NCBI GenBank assembly: GCA_963749915.1
Contig: CAVVOP010000008.1
Coordinates: 672,001 to 736,000 of the forward strand
DNA length: 64,000 nt
Direction: 5' to 3'
Origin: an uncultured cyanobacterium
GTDB taxonomy: Bacteria; Cyanobacteriota; Cyanobacteriia; Cyanobacteriales; Cyanobacteriaceae
Shown here piece after piece: positions 30,445-41,097 of this stretch; position 1 is the first letter of the stretch, and each line of letters begins with the position of its first letter. Under the pieces are notes generated by a model that ran no database searches, was not told the origin of the DNA, and saw nothing but the letters and a program-made list of their open reading frames with translations. Position numbers and translations under genes: made by a program.

Positions 30445-30582
30445 CTATGAACAATTAACAGTTAACAATTTATCCCCTATTGCCTATTCCTCATTCCTAA
30501 GAAGTCTATTTATCAGTTAATAATAATATAATATTTGTTAACTTGTATAGATGATGATTGACAATTATAAAAACCTGATATT

Positions 30583-32028
30583 ATGACAGTAAGCAATTTG
30601 GAAAAGCAGACGAATCCTTTACCAAAGCAAAGTAACCCTTTACCTTGGATTTTTGGCACAATGATTGGCGGTGTTCTTTTGGTAGCAGTGTTCGCCTACT
30701 CATCTGTGAATCGCAATAATTCTCCTTCTAGGGTAATAGATAAATATACGGTTCCCATCACCAGAACAACGATTAATGTCGAAATACAGGCCAGTGGAAC
30801 TGTTGAACCGATCCAAAGTGTGAATATCAGTCCTAAAAATCCGGGGAGATTAGAAAGATTATTAGTAGATCAAGGGGTTATAGTAAAGAAAGGGCAACCT
30901 ATAGCCGTTATGGAAAATCAACAATTATATGCCCAAGGTGTCCAAGCCGAAGCAAGATTACAAGAGGCTCAAGCTAGTTTACAAGAGGCTGACATAAAGT
31001 TACAGGGAGACGTGCAAATATTTTCGGCACAATTAGCTCAAGCATTAGCCCGTTTAGAAGAGTCGAAACGCAGAATCCCGACACAAATTGAACAAACAAG
31101 AGCACAACTAGCAGAATCAGAATCAAGATTAAGGTTAGCACAAGCTCAATTACAAAGAAATCAAAAACTATTACAAGAAGGTGCAATTACGGCGGATCGA
31201 TTTGATCAGTTAGCCAATGAGATGATTGTTTCTCAGGCTAATGTACAACAAGTTCTTAGGCGCTTAGAGGAGTTACAAACCACAGAAGATCCCGAAATTA
31301 AGCGCTTAGAAGCCGCAGTAAGGGAGATTCAAATATCTTTAGAGGAGAGAAAAGTTAGCGGCAAAGCCGAGATAGAAAGACTCAAAGCCAATATGAAAGC
31401 GGTACAAGCCAATTTAGAAATCGCTAAAATTCAATTTCAAGATACCTTCATTACCGCTCCTTTTGATGGCATTATCACTCAAAAATTTGCTACGGAGGGT
31501 GCTTTTGTGACCCCCACCACCTCCGCTTCTACCACTGCTTCGGCCACTTCTTCTTCCATTGTGGCCTTGGCTAAGGGTTTGGAAATTGTGGCGAAAGTGC
31601 CGGAAATTGACTTAAATCAAATAAAATTAGGTCAACCAGCAGAAATTATTGCCGACGCTTATCCGAATGAGGTTTTTAAAGGTGTCGTAAAAAGTATTGC
31701 CCCGGGGGCGATCGTCGAACAAAATGTAACCTCCTTTGAAGTTAGAATTGGCATTTTGACGGGACAAGATCGGTTATTGTCTAAGATGAATGTAGAAGTA
31801 AATTTTTTAGGGCGAAAATTAGATAATATCTTAGTTGTTCCTACCGTTGCTATTGTCACAGAAAAAGGTCAAACAGGGGTGATGATTCCTGATGAAAATA
31901 GCGATCCGAAATTTAAACCTATTACCATCGGTATTTCTGTTGATGATAAAACGCAAGTATTGGGGGGTTTACTACCCGGAGATCGAGTTTTTATTGATTT
32001 ACCTAAAGATAAACGTCAACAAAAATAA
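30583..32028 (+). CDS. Efflux RND/ABC transporter periplasmic adaptor subunit
   Basis: N-terminal TM, ASGTVEP, biotinyl-lipoyl-like halves, long coiled coil, ITAPFDG, GLLPGDRV. Confidence 0.9.
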   Translation: MTVSNLEKQTNPLPKQSNPLPWIFGTMIGGVLLVAVFAYSSVNRNNSPSRVIDKYTVPITRTTINVEIQASGTVEPIQSVNISPKNPGRLERLLVDQGVIVKKGQPIAVMENQQLYAQGVQAEARLQEAQASLQEADIKLQGDVQIFSAQLAQALARLEESKRRIPTQIEQTRAQLAESESRLRLAQAQLQRNQKLLQEGAITADRFDQLANEMIVSQANVQQVLRRLEELQTTEDPEIKRLEAAVREIQISLEERKVSGKAEIERLKANMKAVQANLEIAKIQFQDTFITAPFDGIITQKFATEGAFVTPTTSASTTASATSSSIVALAKGLEIVAKVPEIDLNQIKLGQPAEIIADAYPNEVFKGVVKSIAPGAIVEQNVTSFEVRIGILTGQDRLLSKMNVEVNFLGRKLDNILVVPTVAIVTEKGQTGVMIPDENSDPKFKPITIGISVDDKTQVLGGLLPGDRVFIDLPKDKRQQK

Positions 32029-32106
32029 CTTGGGTTCAGGGTTCTAAATTGTCAATTTCTCTAGAATAAATTGGTTTTGATGTCATCGGCAATAATTTTG
32101 TCCCGG

Positions 32107-32123
32107 GGTGGGCAATGCCCACC
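32107..32123. repeat. REP-like palindrome between convergent genes
   Basis: GGTGGGCA-A-TGCCCACC. Confidence 0.6.
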
Positions 32124-32131
32124 ACGTAATT

Positions 32132-32752
32132 TTATTGTAATGGCAGCAAATAAACGAGAATAAAGAGGATAATCCAGACTACATCGACAAAATGCCAATA
32201 TAATTCCGATGCTTCTACTCCGAAATGTTTACTAGCAGAATAATGACCTTCTTTTCGCGAACGCCATAACACCGCTAAAATGAATAATAATCCAGCGGTG
32301 ACGTGTAAACCGTGAAAACCAGTCAACACATAAAAGCAACTGCTAAAGAGGTTATCCGTTAAACCGAAGCCTGTATGGGCGTATTCATAAAGTTGTCCAC
32401 CTAAGAAGATAGTGCCCATAATAGCAGTTAGAATAAACCACAATTGTAAACCTTTGACATCGTTATTTCTAATACAACTTTGCCCTTTGTGCATAACAAA
32501 ACTACTGGAAATCAGGATAATGCTGTTAATTCCGGGCAAGAGTAACTCTAATTCGATGTCATCCATAGGCCACTCTGGCATGGTGGCATAGTAAATCATG
32601 TAAGCACTGAAAAGACCGAAAAAGATCATACTTTCAGCGATAAGAAACAAGACTAACCCAAACATCCGATGATCTGGGTGTCCATGATGATGAGATTCGG
32701 CTTCTTTATCGTAACCAAGGGTAACTTGAGAATCAATAGCTGAACTTTGCAT
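32132..32752 (-). CDS. ctaE: Cytochrome c oxidase subunit III
   Basis: LIAESMIF, LTGFHGLHV, LYWHFVDVVW. Likely start MQSSAID at 32752. Confidence 0.95.
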   Translation of the reverse strand: MQSSAIDSQVTLGYDKEAESHHHGHPDHRMFGLVLFLIAESMIFFGLFSAYMIYYATMPEWPMDDIELELLLPGINSIILISSSFVMHKGQSCIRNNDVKGLQLWFILTAIMGTIFLGGQLYEYAHTGFGLTDNLFSSCFYVLTGFHGLHVTAGLLFILAVLWRSRKEGHYSASKHFGVEASELYWHFVDVVWIILFILVYLLPLQ

Positions 32753-32794
32753 TATTTTCGATGGGTTATATAACAATAATGAGTATTTTGCCCC

Positions 32795-32814
32795 CACCCC
32801 CAAGCTTGGGGGTG
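32795..32814. repeat. Perfect 20-bp palindrome within a short dispersed repeat
   Basis: CACCCCCAAGCTTGGGGGTG. A degenerate related repeat lies near 58200-58262. Confidence 0.7.
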
Positions 32815-32856
32815 AAAAGGGAAATTAAAAGTCTCCTGAATTTGGATCTTTAGAGG

Positions 32857-34512
32857 CTACTTCGCACTTGCTTCTGCCAACATATCGGCGACGGTTTCTT
32901 CTTCTGAGTCAGATTCGCTGTCAATACCGTAGTCATAAGGACCACTCCATAACACTGGTTCTTCCTCAAAGTTTTCGATGATAGGAGGTGAAGCGGTTTG
33001 CCATTCAAGGGTTAACGCTTTCCAAGGATTACGCTCGGCTTGTGTACCTTTTGCTAAACTCCAAATTACATTGATGATAAAAGGAATAGTTGATACTGCC
33101 ATAACGTAAGCACCAGCAGTACTGAGTAAGTTTAAGGGTTGAAATTCCACATCGTATAAAGCAATACGACGATTCATACCCATTAAACCCAATTGGTGCA
33201 TTGGCATAAAGGTAATATTTAAACCGATAAAAGTTAAAAGGAAATGTAGTTTTCCTAAACCTTCGTGATAGTTTTTCCCTGTTATCTTAGGAAACCAGTG
33301 ATAAAAGCCCGAAAATAGAGCTAATGCAGATCCACCGAATAGTACATAGTGGAAATGCCCGACAACAAAGTAAGTATCATGGACATGAATATCAAAGGGG
33401 ACAGAGGCCACCATGACTCCTGTTAAGCCACCAATCAGGAAAGATGAGATGAATCCCATGGCAAATAACATGGGGGTATTTAGCTCGATTTTCCCACCCC
33501 ACATTGTCCCACACCAACTAAAAATTTTGATCCCCGTTGGTACAGCAATCAACATGGTTGTAGCCATGAAAAACATTCTTAACCATCCGGGTGTACCACT
33601 GGTGAACATATGATGTGCCCAGACAATCAACCCTAGAAAACTAATGGCTAAACTAGAATAAGCAATAGCACGATAACCAAAAATAGGCTTACGGGAATGT
33701 ACAGGAATTACTTCGGAAATCACCCCAAAAAACGGCATAATCATGATATATACCGCAGGGTGGGAGTAAAACCAGAATAGATGTTGGTAAACGACGGGAT
33801 CACCGCCACCAGTGGGATTAAAAAAACTTGTACCGGCGATTAGGTCGAAGGAGAGTAAAATTAACGCCCCTGCTAATACTGGGGTTGAGAGTAAGATTAA
33901 AGCAGAAGTTGCCAACATCGCCCAACAAAATAGGGGCATACTGTGCAAATCCATTTCTTTGATACGCATTTTGAGGATGGTGGTGGCGAAGTTGATACCC
34001 CCCAAAATAGACGATGTACCTAATAATAAGATACTCAAAATCCACAATTCTTCTCCCCATTTTCCTGTCATTAAACTTAAAGGAGGGTAAGATGTCCAAC
34101 CAGATTGAGGTGCACCCACGAGGAAACTACCTAATAATAAAATGCCCCCTGGAGGTGCCATCCAAAAAGCAACAGCATTTAGACGGGGGAAAGCCATATC
34201 TTCTGCACCAATCATCAAGGGAATGAGGTAGTTAGCAAAAGCCGCCCCTGCTGGTACAATCCATAAAAAGATCATGATTGTACCGTGAAGGGTAAAAAGC
34301 TGATTGTATAACTCAGGAGATACAAAATCGGGATCTGGTGTTGCCAATTCTGTGCGCAGGACTTCGGCAAATGCACCGCCGATAAAGTAAAACAAGAAGG
34401 AAGTTACTAAATATTGGATACCGATAACTTTATGATCTGTGTTAAAGGTAAAGTAATCTATGAGTTTCCTTTCTTTATGTTGGGGTTTTTCTGAAATTAA
34501 GTTGGTTGTCAT
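32857..34512 (-). CDS. ctaD: Cytochrome c oxidase subunit I
   Basis: DHKVIGIQY, WFYSHPAVY, VWAHHMF, HFHYV. Confidence 0.98.
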   Translation of the reverse strand: MTTNLISEKPQHKERKLIDYFTFNTDHKVIGIQYLVTSFLFYFIGGAFAEVLRTELATPDPDFVSPELYNQLFTLHGTIMIFLWIVPAGAAFANYLIPLMIGAEDMAFPRLNAVAFWMAPPGGILLLGSFLVGAPQSGWTSYPPLSLMTGKWGEELWILSILLLGTSSILGGINFATTILKMRIKEMDLHSMPLFCWAMLATSALILLSTPVLAGALILLSFDLIAGTSFFNPTGGGDPVVYQHLFWFYSHPAVYIMIMPFFGVISEVIPVHSRKPIFGYRAIAYSSLAISFLGLIVWAHHMFTSGTPGWLRMFFMATTMLIAVPTGIKIFSWCGTMWGGKIELNTPMLFAMGFISSFLIGGLTGVMVASVPFDIHVHDTYFVVGHFHYVLFGGSALALFSGFYHWFPKITGKNYHEGLGKLHFLLTFIGLNITFMPMHQLGLMGMNRRIALYDVEFQPLNLLSTAGAYVMAVSTIPFIINVIWSLAKGTQAERNPWKALTLEWQTASPPIIENFEEEPVLWSGPYDYGIDSESDSEEETVADMLAEASAK

Positions 34513-34615
34513 AAATCCTAAATTAAAACAATATATTGCGACATTGATATAAATAAAAGGGAAAAGGCCATTTACTGGGCAACGATTATCTCGTCTCCGA
34601 GTTCCCTCCTTCTAT

Positions 34616-35560
34616 TTATCTATGGAGTTGAGCTAATGTTTCGGAAGTCACTCCTAAGTGGTGAGAGTGCATTTCTAAACGGCTTTCTTGGGTCATGGGT
34701 TGAGTCATGAAAGCCATGGTGTCTGCTTGTTTTTCTGCACTTGCAAAGGTATTCTCTTGTATCCATTTTTGGTAATCTTCTTCACTTTCTACATGAAGAG
34801 TGGTTTTCATGCCACCATGGTAAGCACCACACAACTCTGCACAAATAATAGGATAGTCACCGATACGATTGGCATTAAAAGCTAAATTTGAATCTCTACC
34901 GGGTAGAACATCTTGTTTTAATCTAAGTTGCGGTACCCAAAAAGCGTGAATGACATCTCCTGCTTTCATATTAAGTTTTATTTGTTTATTCACAGGCACA
35001 TGAAGTTCCCCTGACACTACCCCAGAATCAGGATAGGTAAAAATCCACGCGTATTGAATCCCATTAACATCCACTTCTAAATCGGCGTTAGCATCACCAA
35101 TCCCTAAAGATAAATGCCCCTGATGGGGGTTAAAAGCTACCATTTTTCCTTGATTTCCTGCCATTTGCATTTCCCCCTGAGGGAAATCACGGGAGATAGT
35201 AGGGTCTAAACCGCCCATATTGTTATAAACTTCAAAGCTATAAAGTGCCAAAATAAACACAATAACTGTGGGAATAGCGGTCCAAAATATCTCTAAAGGT
35301 ACATTACCTTCTGATGGAGGACCATCAGTGCGATCGCCTTTTTTCCGTCTGAATTTGATCAGGCAATAAACTAAAACCCCTTCCACGATTAAAAATAAAC
35401 CTGTGGCAATGGTCATCATCAGATTAAACAAACCATCTACTTCTACCGCCCCTTGAGAGGCTTCTATGGGCATTAAGCCATGATTCTGTCCATACCACAA
35501 ACTGATCAAGGTTAGTAAAATACCTGCTATCAGGGTGATAATATTACCGGGAATGTTCAC
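34616..35560 (-). CDS. ctaC: Cytochrome c oxidase subunit II
   Basis: CuA ligands DVIHAFW...CAELCGAYHGGM. Confidence 0.97.
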   Translation of the reverse strand: MNIPGNIITLIAGILLTLISLWYGQNHGLMPIEASQGAVEVDGLFNLMMTIATGLFLIVEGVLVYCLIKFRRKKGDRTDGPPSEGNVPLEIFWTAIPTVIVFILALYSFEVYNNMGGLDPTISRDFPQGEMQMAGNQGKMVAFNPHQGHLSLGIGDANADLEVDVNGIQYAWIFTYPDSGVVSGELHVPVNKQIKLNMKAGDVIHAFWVPQLRLKQDVLPGRDSNLAFNANRIGDYPIICAELCGAYHGGMKTTLHVESEEDYQKWIQENTFASAEKQADTMAFMTQPMTQESRLEMHSHHLGVTSETLAQLHR

Positions 35561-35732
35561 TGTTACTAATCCTATCCATTGATAATTAAACTTCTCTTTT
35601 CTAGGATAAGATATATTTCCTCTGATGTCGCCATGTTTTCAGGAATTGATAATAATTAGGGATTAGCAATTAGTAATTAGTGATGAAAAATGGCAAAATT
35701 TCACGGCAATCTCCGAAGTGCTGACTCTTTCT

Positions 35733-36158
35733 TCAATGTATCCCGTGAGTTAAACTTAAATCAGGACGCAAATTTTCTGCTTTTCTGAGGTAAGAATGAT
35801 ACATTTCTTTTTGTGTTTTATGTGTATTAATGTATATTAAGACTCGAATACATTTTTCTAAACTGCCCCTCACCTGCATTTGTTGTATATCTAATAACGG
35901 TATATTTTCCCATTGAGGACGTTCTCGTGCGATGGCAGCCGGAAAAACCACATCTAAATCGGGGGTAACGGTAAAAATGACACTGACAACTTCTTTGTGA
36001 TTCAATTGATTACGGGTTTCTATGTCAGTTAATAACTCACTAACGGCCTCTCTTATCGCTTCTATGGTATTCCCCTCGGCGGTAGTGGCACCTCGAATTG
36101 CCCGTACTTTTGTCATCAACTGTTCACTCATCTCCCCAGTAAATTGCAAATTTTCCAT
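35733..36158 (-). CDS. aroH: Chorismate mutase, AroH class
   Basis: VRAIRGATT, FPAAIAR, CIRVLI, LRPDL. Confidence 0.93.
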   Translation of the reverse strand: MENLQFTGEMSEQLMTKVRAIRGATTAEGNTIEAIREAVSELLTDIETRNQLNHKEVVSVIFTVTPDLDVVFPAAIARERPQWENIPLLDIQQMQVRGSLEKCIRVLIYINTHKTQKEMYHSYLRKAENLRPDLSLTHGIH

Positions 36159-36164
36159 AATAAA

Positions 36165-36986
36165 TTAAGGACGATATAACCATAAAGGTTGACCACTGGT
36201 AGCCAATTCAAATTCTAGCCAATTCATGGCAGATGCTACCCCTGATTTTGCCTGACCACGACCATTAAGAAAACGGTTAACAAAAGATTTTGGTTGTTCT
36301 ATGGTTTGACATTCAGTTTTATCAGGATCAAGACTGACTAATTCACAAGCCCAACGAAAAGCATCTTTTTCACTACCTAAACGATCAACTAACCCTAATT
36401 TTAAAGCCTGTTGACCACTAAAAATGCGCCCGTCGGCAAAACTTTTAACGGTTTCAATACTCAATTTTCTACCTTCGGCGATGGTTTCGACAAATTGCTC
36501 ATAGCTACTATCAATCAAATGTTGCAAAATACTTTCCTCCTCGTTGGTCAAATCTCGATCGAATGATAAAATATCTTTATAGGGTCCCGATTTGATTACT
36601 TTAAAAGAAACCCCAAGTTTATCTAATAATTTTTGTAGGTTATTACCTCGAATAATTACCCCGACACTGCCGGTGATAGTGCCAGGATTAGAGACAATAT
36701 GATTTGCACCCACACCGATATAAACCCCTCCTGAAGCGGAAATATTGCCAAAACTCGCCACAATTTTGATTTTCTCCCCTAATTTTTTTAGCGCTGAATA
36801 AATTTCTTGGGAATCAGCTACCGTGCCGCCGGGGGAGTCAATGCGCAATAATAAGGCAGGGAATTTTTTTTCTTCTACCACTTCCAAAGCGTCTAATACT
36901 TGTTCACGGATTTGAGATGCGATCGCACCATTGATCTCTATTCGGGCAATTTGTTTTGTCGTAGAAGGTTTAAAAGGCCAAATCAT
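36165..36986 (-). CDS. sppA: Signal peptide peptidase SppA (short S49 form)
   Basis: RIDSPGG, SASGGVY, TGSVGV, KSGPYKD, ADGRIFSG. Confidence 0.92.
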   Translation of the reverse strand: MIWPFKPSTTKQIARIEINGAIASQIREQVLDALEVVEEKKFPALLLRIDSPGGTVADSQEIYSALKKLGEKIKIVASFGNISASGGVYIGVGANHIVSNPGTITGSVGVIIRGNNLQKLLDKLGVSFKVIKSGPYKDILSFDRDLTNEEESILQHLIDSSYEQFVETIAEGRKLSIETVKSFADGRIFSGQQALKLGLVDRLGSEKDAFRWACELVSLDPDKTECQTIEQPKSFVNRFLNGRGQAKSGVASAMNWLEFELATSGQPLWLYRP

Positions 36987-37213
36987 TAGATGTATTTATA
37001 AATTAAGATAATATGTAAGTTTTGTATATTAGGTCAGGATAACATTATAACAATGAACCATGAACAATTTTTAAAATGAGTTGGGGGTTAAGTTTTAGGC
37101 TAAGAGTTAATGATAGAATGGTCTTTTTAAGGATATTATCAGGTTTTTATTCCTCCAAATTTATGTCATTTATTATTCCTATTGAACTTTAAAATAAGGT
37201 ATAAAATTAACCT

Positions 37214-37867
37214 ATGAATATCAGTGAAAAAACTCAATATCAAGATAATTTAATCGATCAAATATTTATTGCTTTATTTTCTCGAAAAATGGCGAAAGCA
37301 GTGGGGGAAAAACCCAAATTCAAAGGCTATGGCGGTTTTGTAGATTTATCGCAACAGATAATGAAAGGGCGCACAGCACCACAACAACAGGAATTGGTCG
37401 GGGTGGTGTTAAAATCCTTAGTACCCTCACCTGTTTTATACCTAATTCGCACTTTATTTTCTCCCACAAAATGGGTATGTGAATCTAACGCATGGTTTGC
37501 CACCGTTTTATTTGAATGGTTGGTGGGTAAATCCGAAATTCAAGAAGTAGAGATAATCGGAGAAGACAATCAACCTCGTCAGCAAAAAAGCGGCGTAAAA
37601 ATCAAAAAATGTCGTTACCTTGAAGAAAGTGGTTGCGTGGGAATGTGTCTCAATATGTGTAAAATACCGACCCAAAAATTTTTTACGGAGTCTTTTGGCA
37701 TTCCCCTAACCATGACACCTGATTTTGAAGATTTTAGTTGCAAGATGGTTTTCGGACAAAATCCCCCTCCCTTAGAAACAGAATCAGCTAGTAGTCATCC
37801 TTGTTTACAAAGTTTCTGCCCCACTGCGATCAATTCTCCCCAACCTTGCCCTAAAATTTATCAGTAA
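37214..37867 (+). CDS. DUF4033 / beta-carotene isomerase D27-like protein
   Basis: FEWLVG, KCRYLEESGCVGMCLNMCKIPTQKFF, MTPDFEDFSC. Confidence 0.85.
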   Translation: MNISEKTQYQDNLIDQIFIALFSRKMAKAVGEKPKFKGYGGFVDLSQQIMKGRTAPQQQELVGVVLKSLVPSPVLYLIRTLFSPTKWVCESNAWFATVLFEWLVGKSEIQEVEIIGEDNQPRQQKSGVKIKKCRYLEESGCVGMCLNMCKIPTQKFFTESFGIPLTMTPDFEDFSCKMVFGQNPPPLETESASSHPCLQSFCPTAINSPQPCPKIYQ

Positions 37868-37953
37868 GCCATTTTGTTAGGTCTCCGATGAACACAGGTA
37901 ATAGAGTAATAGACCTCATGATCCAGTCTCAGAGCTTGTGAATCAAACAGCAT

Positions 37954-38075
37954 CTAACCAAGAAAGGAAAAATAGCAGCTTACAAAATGAACCATGCCAG
38001 AATACTATTGTTAGCAGATGTCAATCAACCAGAAGGCGGTTGGACAGATCTAAAAATCAGTGAAGCCTTAAATGT
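37954..38075 (+). pseudogene. IS630-family transposase N-terminal (HTH) fragment
   Basis: LTKKGKIAAYKMNHARILLLADVNQPEGGWTDLKISEALNV, cut off by the MITE at 38076. Confidence 0.7.
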
Positions 38076-38370
38076 CTGGTTCTAACGGATTTTGTGGTCA
38101 TTAGAAATCAAGGGCGATCGCCGACACTGCAATACTTTCACGGCACGAAAGAATCAGCTCGACTCTATGTACCCTCGATGGCACTGGTGTGGAATTTTCA
38201 TCCCTATTCTTCAAGAACTTGCTCATCAGACTCTGAGCGGATTTCGCCCTTTAAAGACCTCAATGAATTTCAATACCATCACAACTGGCTGCACAATTTG
38301 CTAATTGCCAGTTCGATGAATGGTCGAAGACCCCTAAAAACTGGTTGACCACAAAATCCGTTAGAACCAG
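38076..38370 (+). mobile_element. 295-bp MITE, copy 1
   Basis: Perfect 25-bp TIRs CTGGTTCTAACGGATTTTGTGGTCA / TGACCACAAAATCCGTTAGAACCAG. Inverted copy at 51135-51429. Confidence 0.93.
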
Positions 38371-38469
38371 AAATAGTTAATAGTAGAGTAAAATTTTAGT
38401 TAGGAGTAGAGGGCTAAACTACTCCTAACAAATACTTAACAAATACTTTAAGCTAATAAGGATTTTAAC

Positions 38470-38754
38470 ATGAGTACAGTAACAGATAACGATTTAAAAG
38501 AGTTAAAGGATTTAATTAACTCCAAATTTGAGCAAGTCGATCGCAATTTTGAAAAAATAGATAGTAAATTTGAAAAGGTTTTTGAGGAGTTTACAGCCGT
38601 TAAAGTTGAGATAGCTACCATTAAAAGCGATGTTAACGGATTAGGAAAAAGATTAGATAATCTTGAATTTATCGCTCGGAGTGTTATTGGCGGTATTTTA
38701 GTTGCTTTATTATTGGGATTAACTAAAATACTTTATCCTAATCTACTCGGTTAA
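38470..38754 (+). CDS. Small coiled-coil protein with C-terminal TM helix
   Basis: MSTVTDNDLKELKDLINSKF..., heptad pattern, hydrophobic tail, AAGGA RBS-like sequence upstream. Confidence 0.7.
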   Translation: MSTVTDNDLKELKDLINSKFEQVDRNFEKIDSKFEKVFEEFTAVKVEIATIKSDVNGLGKRLDNLEFIARSVIGGILVALLLGLTKILYPNLLG

Positions 38755-38879
38755 TTTTTCCCTAATCCATAAATCAATTTTTAAAATGAACTAATGGAAA
38801 ACTTTATAAAAAAGAGAGGTTAAAATATGACAATTATTACAGTTAAAAGAAGTGAAATCCCCCACAGTCAAAATGGTCA

Positions 38880-39474
38880 AAGCCGCTCTCGACAAGAAAT
38901 GTCATATCCTCGGACGGATTCCTGCCAATGTCAAGTTTGAGGTTGTCAAATGTCAAGTTTGAGGTTGTCAAACAGTTAGCTGAGGGCTCCTATCTCTCTT
39001 GGATAGCTCCTGACCGAAAATCGAAGAAGAAAGGAGCGACCAGAATTCCGGTACGGGTAATAGAGTACGTCATTGAAGAAAACGGAACTGAGCTAGTCAG
39101 TCTATCGCCTGATTACCGATTTAACTGATATCGCTCTATTTCCAGCTCTGTTGTTAGCCAGAGAATATGATCTGCGTTGCTCCCGTAGAAAATACACTTT
39201 CTGAATTGAAAACTTACCTTGCTGTTCCTTTATTTCAAGAGGCTGCGAACGATAATCTTCCTCTGTTTGCCAGTTGGTTAATGGAAGAAATTTTAGAGCA
39301 AGAGATTCCTCCCAGACAGGGCAGAACTAACCCCAGAGTCGTTAAGAAGCCTCGCTCCAAATTCATTAGTCGAAAACGATCTCATCGAGGTCATGGCACT
39401 CAGCTTCAACCACTTACCTTTGCCATTTCTCAACCTTATCAATCTGCTGCTTAGCTGTTAACCGAACAGTATTG
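38880..39474 (+). mobile_element. Degraded IS4-family transposase 3' half and terminal repeat
   Basis: GSYLSWIAPDRKSKKKG..IPVRVIEY and RTNPRVVKKPRSKF with frameshifts. 22-bp tandem duplication at 38927-38970. Ends TTAACCGAACAGTATTG. Confidence 0.8.
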
Positions 39475-39540
39475 CCCCCTGATTGACTGATAATCTTTCT
39501 ACTTTACCCAATCACAGCGGTTTTCTCCTCACGGGGGGAT

Positions 39541-39594
39541 CAGTGTCGGCGATCGCCCTTGATTTCTAATGACCACAAAATCCGTTAGAACCAG
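39541..39594 (-). mobile_element. Partial (54-bp) copy of the 295-bp MITE end
   Basis: Reverse complement of 38076-38129. Confidence 0.9.
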
Positions 39595-39684
39595 GAAAAA
39601 GTCAACAATTATTTTCATACCAATATTTCGGAAGATTATTTAAAGTAGTAAGCTGAGGTGTACAGACCCCTAACTTAACTTAAT

Positions 39685-40740
39685 CTATTTCCAACCCGCT
39701 TCATCCATTAATTTAACAGCATTAGCTAAATTAGGACCAAAACTGCCCACATTTGTCACATCAGATTTAAAACTACCAAAACTCTTTAACACAGGATCCA
39801 ATTCCACTCCCTCTACTACAGGATACTCATTATTCCCCTGGGCAAAAAATTTCTGAGCACTGGGACTTACTAAATACTCTAAAAATTTGATCGCCCCAGC
39901 TTTATTGGGGGCAGTTTTAACTACACCCCCACCACTGATATTAACATGAGCCCCTCTACCTTTTTGATTGGGAAAAAATACTCCTATTTTGTCAAAAATA
40001 GCTCTTTTTTTAGGATCTTTTGAAGTGCCATATCCCGCTAAATAATAAGTATTTGCTAATGCTAAATCGGCAATTCCAGCCGCTACCGCCTCAATTTGAT
40101 CCCGATCGCCACCTTGAGGAGGACGTGCCATATTTGCGACAATTCCTCGACACCATTGCTCTGTTTTTTGTTGACCATTAATGACAATTAGCCATGCCAC
40201 CATCGACTGATTATAGATATTACTAGAAGACCGAATCGCTATTTTACCTTTCCATTTTGGATTCGCCAAATCTTCATAGGTTGACAATTGACTAGGATTA
40301 ATCTTACTTTTGTTATACATAATCACCCGCACTCTTTTACTAAATCCAAACCAATTATTTAGAGGATCTCGAAAATAACTGGGGATTTTCTGTCTTAAAA
40401 TAGAGGAATTGACAGGAGTAAAAATAGTTGCTTGTTTTGCCTGCCATAAATTCCCCGCATCGGCCGTTAAAAAAACATCCGCCTTAGAATTTCGTCCTTC
40501 ATTTTTAAGTCTTTCTAATAATTGTTGACCATCACCCTCCACTAAATTAACCTTAATTCCCGTTTGCTTTTCAAAGTCTGTATAAAGTTGTTTATCAGTG
40601 TTATAGTGGCGACCTGAATATAAATTAATCTGTTTATTGTTTTCAGCCGAACTTGTTTCAACTCCCGCTAATTCTGCTAATGCTACCGCCGTCACTGCCG
40701 CCCCTGTACCTAAAAAAATTCTTCTACTAACCTTATTCAT
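39685..40740 (-). CDS. futA: Fe(III) ABC transporter substrate-binding protein FutA/IdiA
   Basis: Tat signal SRRIFL, NLYSGRHY, SNIYNQS, ANTYY, HVNISG. Confidence 0.92.
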   Translation of the reverse strand: MNKVSRRIFLGTGAAVTAVALAELAGVETSSAENNKQINLYSGRHYNTDKQLYTDFEKQTGIKVNLVEGDGQQLLERLKNEGRNSKADVFLTADAGNLWQAKQATIFTPVNSSILRQKIPSYFRDPLNNWFGFSKRVRVIMYNKSKINPSQLSTYEDLANPKWKGKIAIRSSSNIYNQSMVAWLIVINGQQKTEQWCRGIVANMARPPQGGDRDQIEAVAAGIADLALANTYYLAGYGTSKDPKKRAIFDKIGVFFPNQKGRGAHVNISGGGVVKTAPNKAGAIKFLEYLVSPSAQKFFAQGNNEYPVVEGVELDPVLKSFGSFKSDVTNVGSFGPNLANAVKLMDEAGWK

Positions 40741-40787
40741 TGAATCTTTGTTCTTAAAAAATTTACCTGAAAAATTATTTTATCATT

Positions 40788-40806
40788 ATTGAGAATTAAT
40801 TGCACT
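40788..40806. promoter_or_regulatory. Candidate Fur box upstream of futA
   Basis: ATTGAGAATTAATTGCACT matches the palindrome ATTGAGAATTATTCTCAAT at 15/19 and lies about 50 bp upstream of an iron-uptake gene. Confidence 0.55.
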
Positions 40807-41097
40807 AACTTTGAGATATATTTTCAAATATTTTGACAAAAAATCTCGAACCTCTAATTTTTCCGGTTGAATTCAAAGGATGACCAAAGTTGTCAGGGAG
40901 AAGGTTTGATGTTTACAAGAGATTTGCACCCCCAAGAGAGAGGGTTTTCCATCTTAAAAATCCTGGGGATAAAAACTGGGGTTTTGTTACAACTCTTAAT
41001 AAAATAGGTTACTGGGATGGCAAAGATTTTGTTAAACTGAGACTTGACCTGAATTTTACGATGGAAAAGCAATAAATAGAGTTTAAAAAAAAATATT

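Noticed and set aside
38092..38348. Short ORFs inside the 295-bp element (also 51157-51413)
   Set aside because: They lie within a MITE and show no recognisable protein motif.
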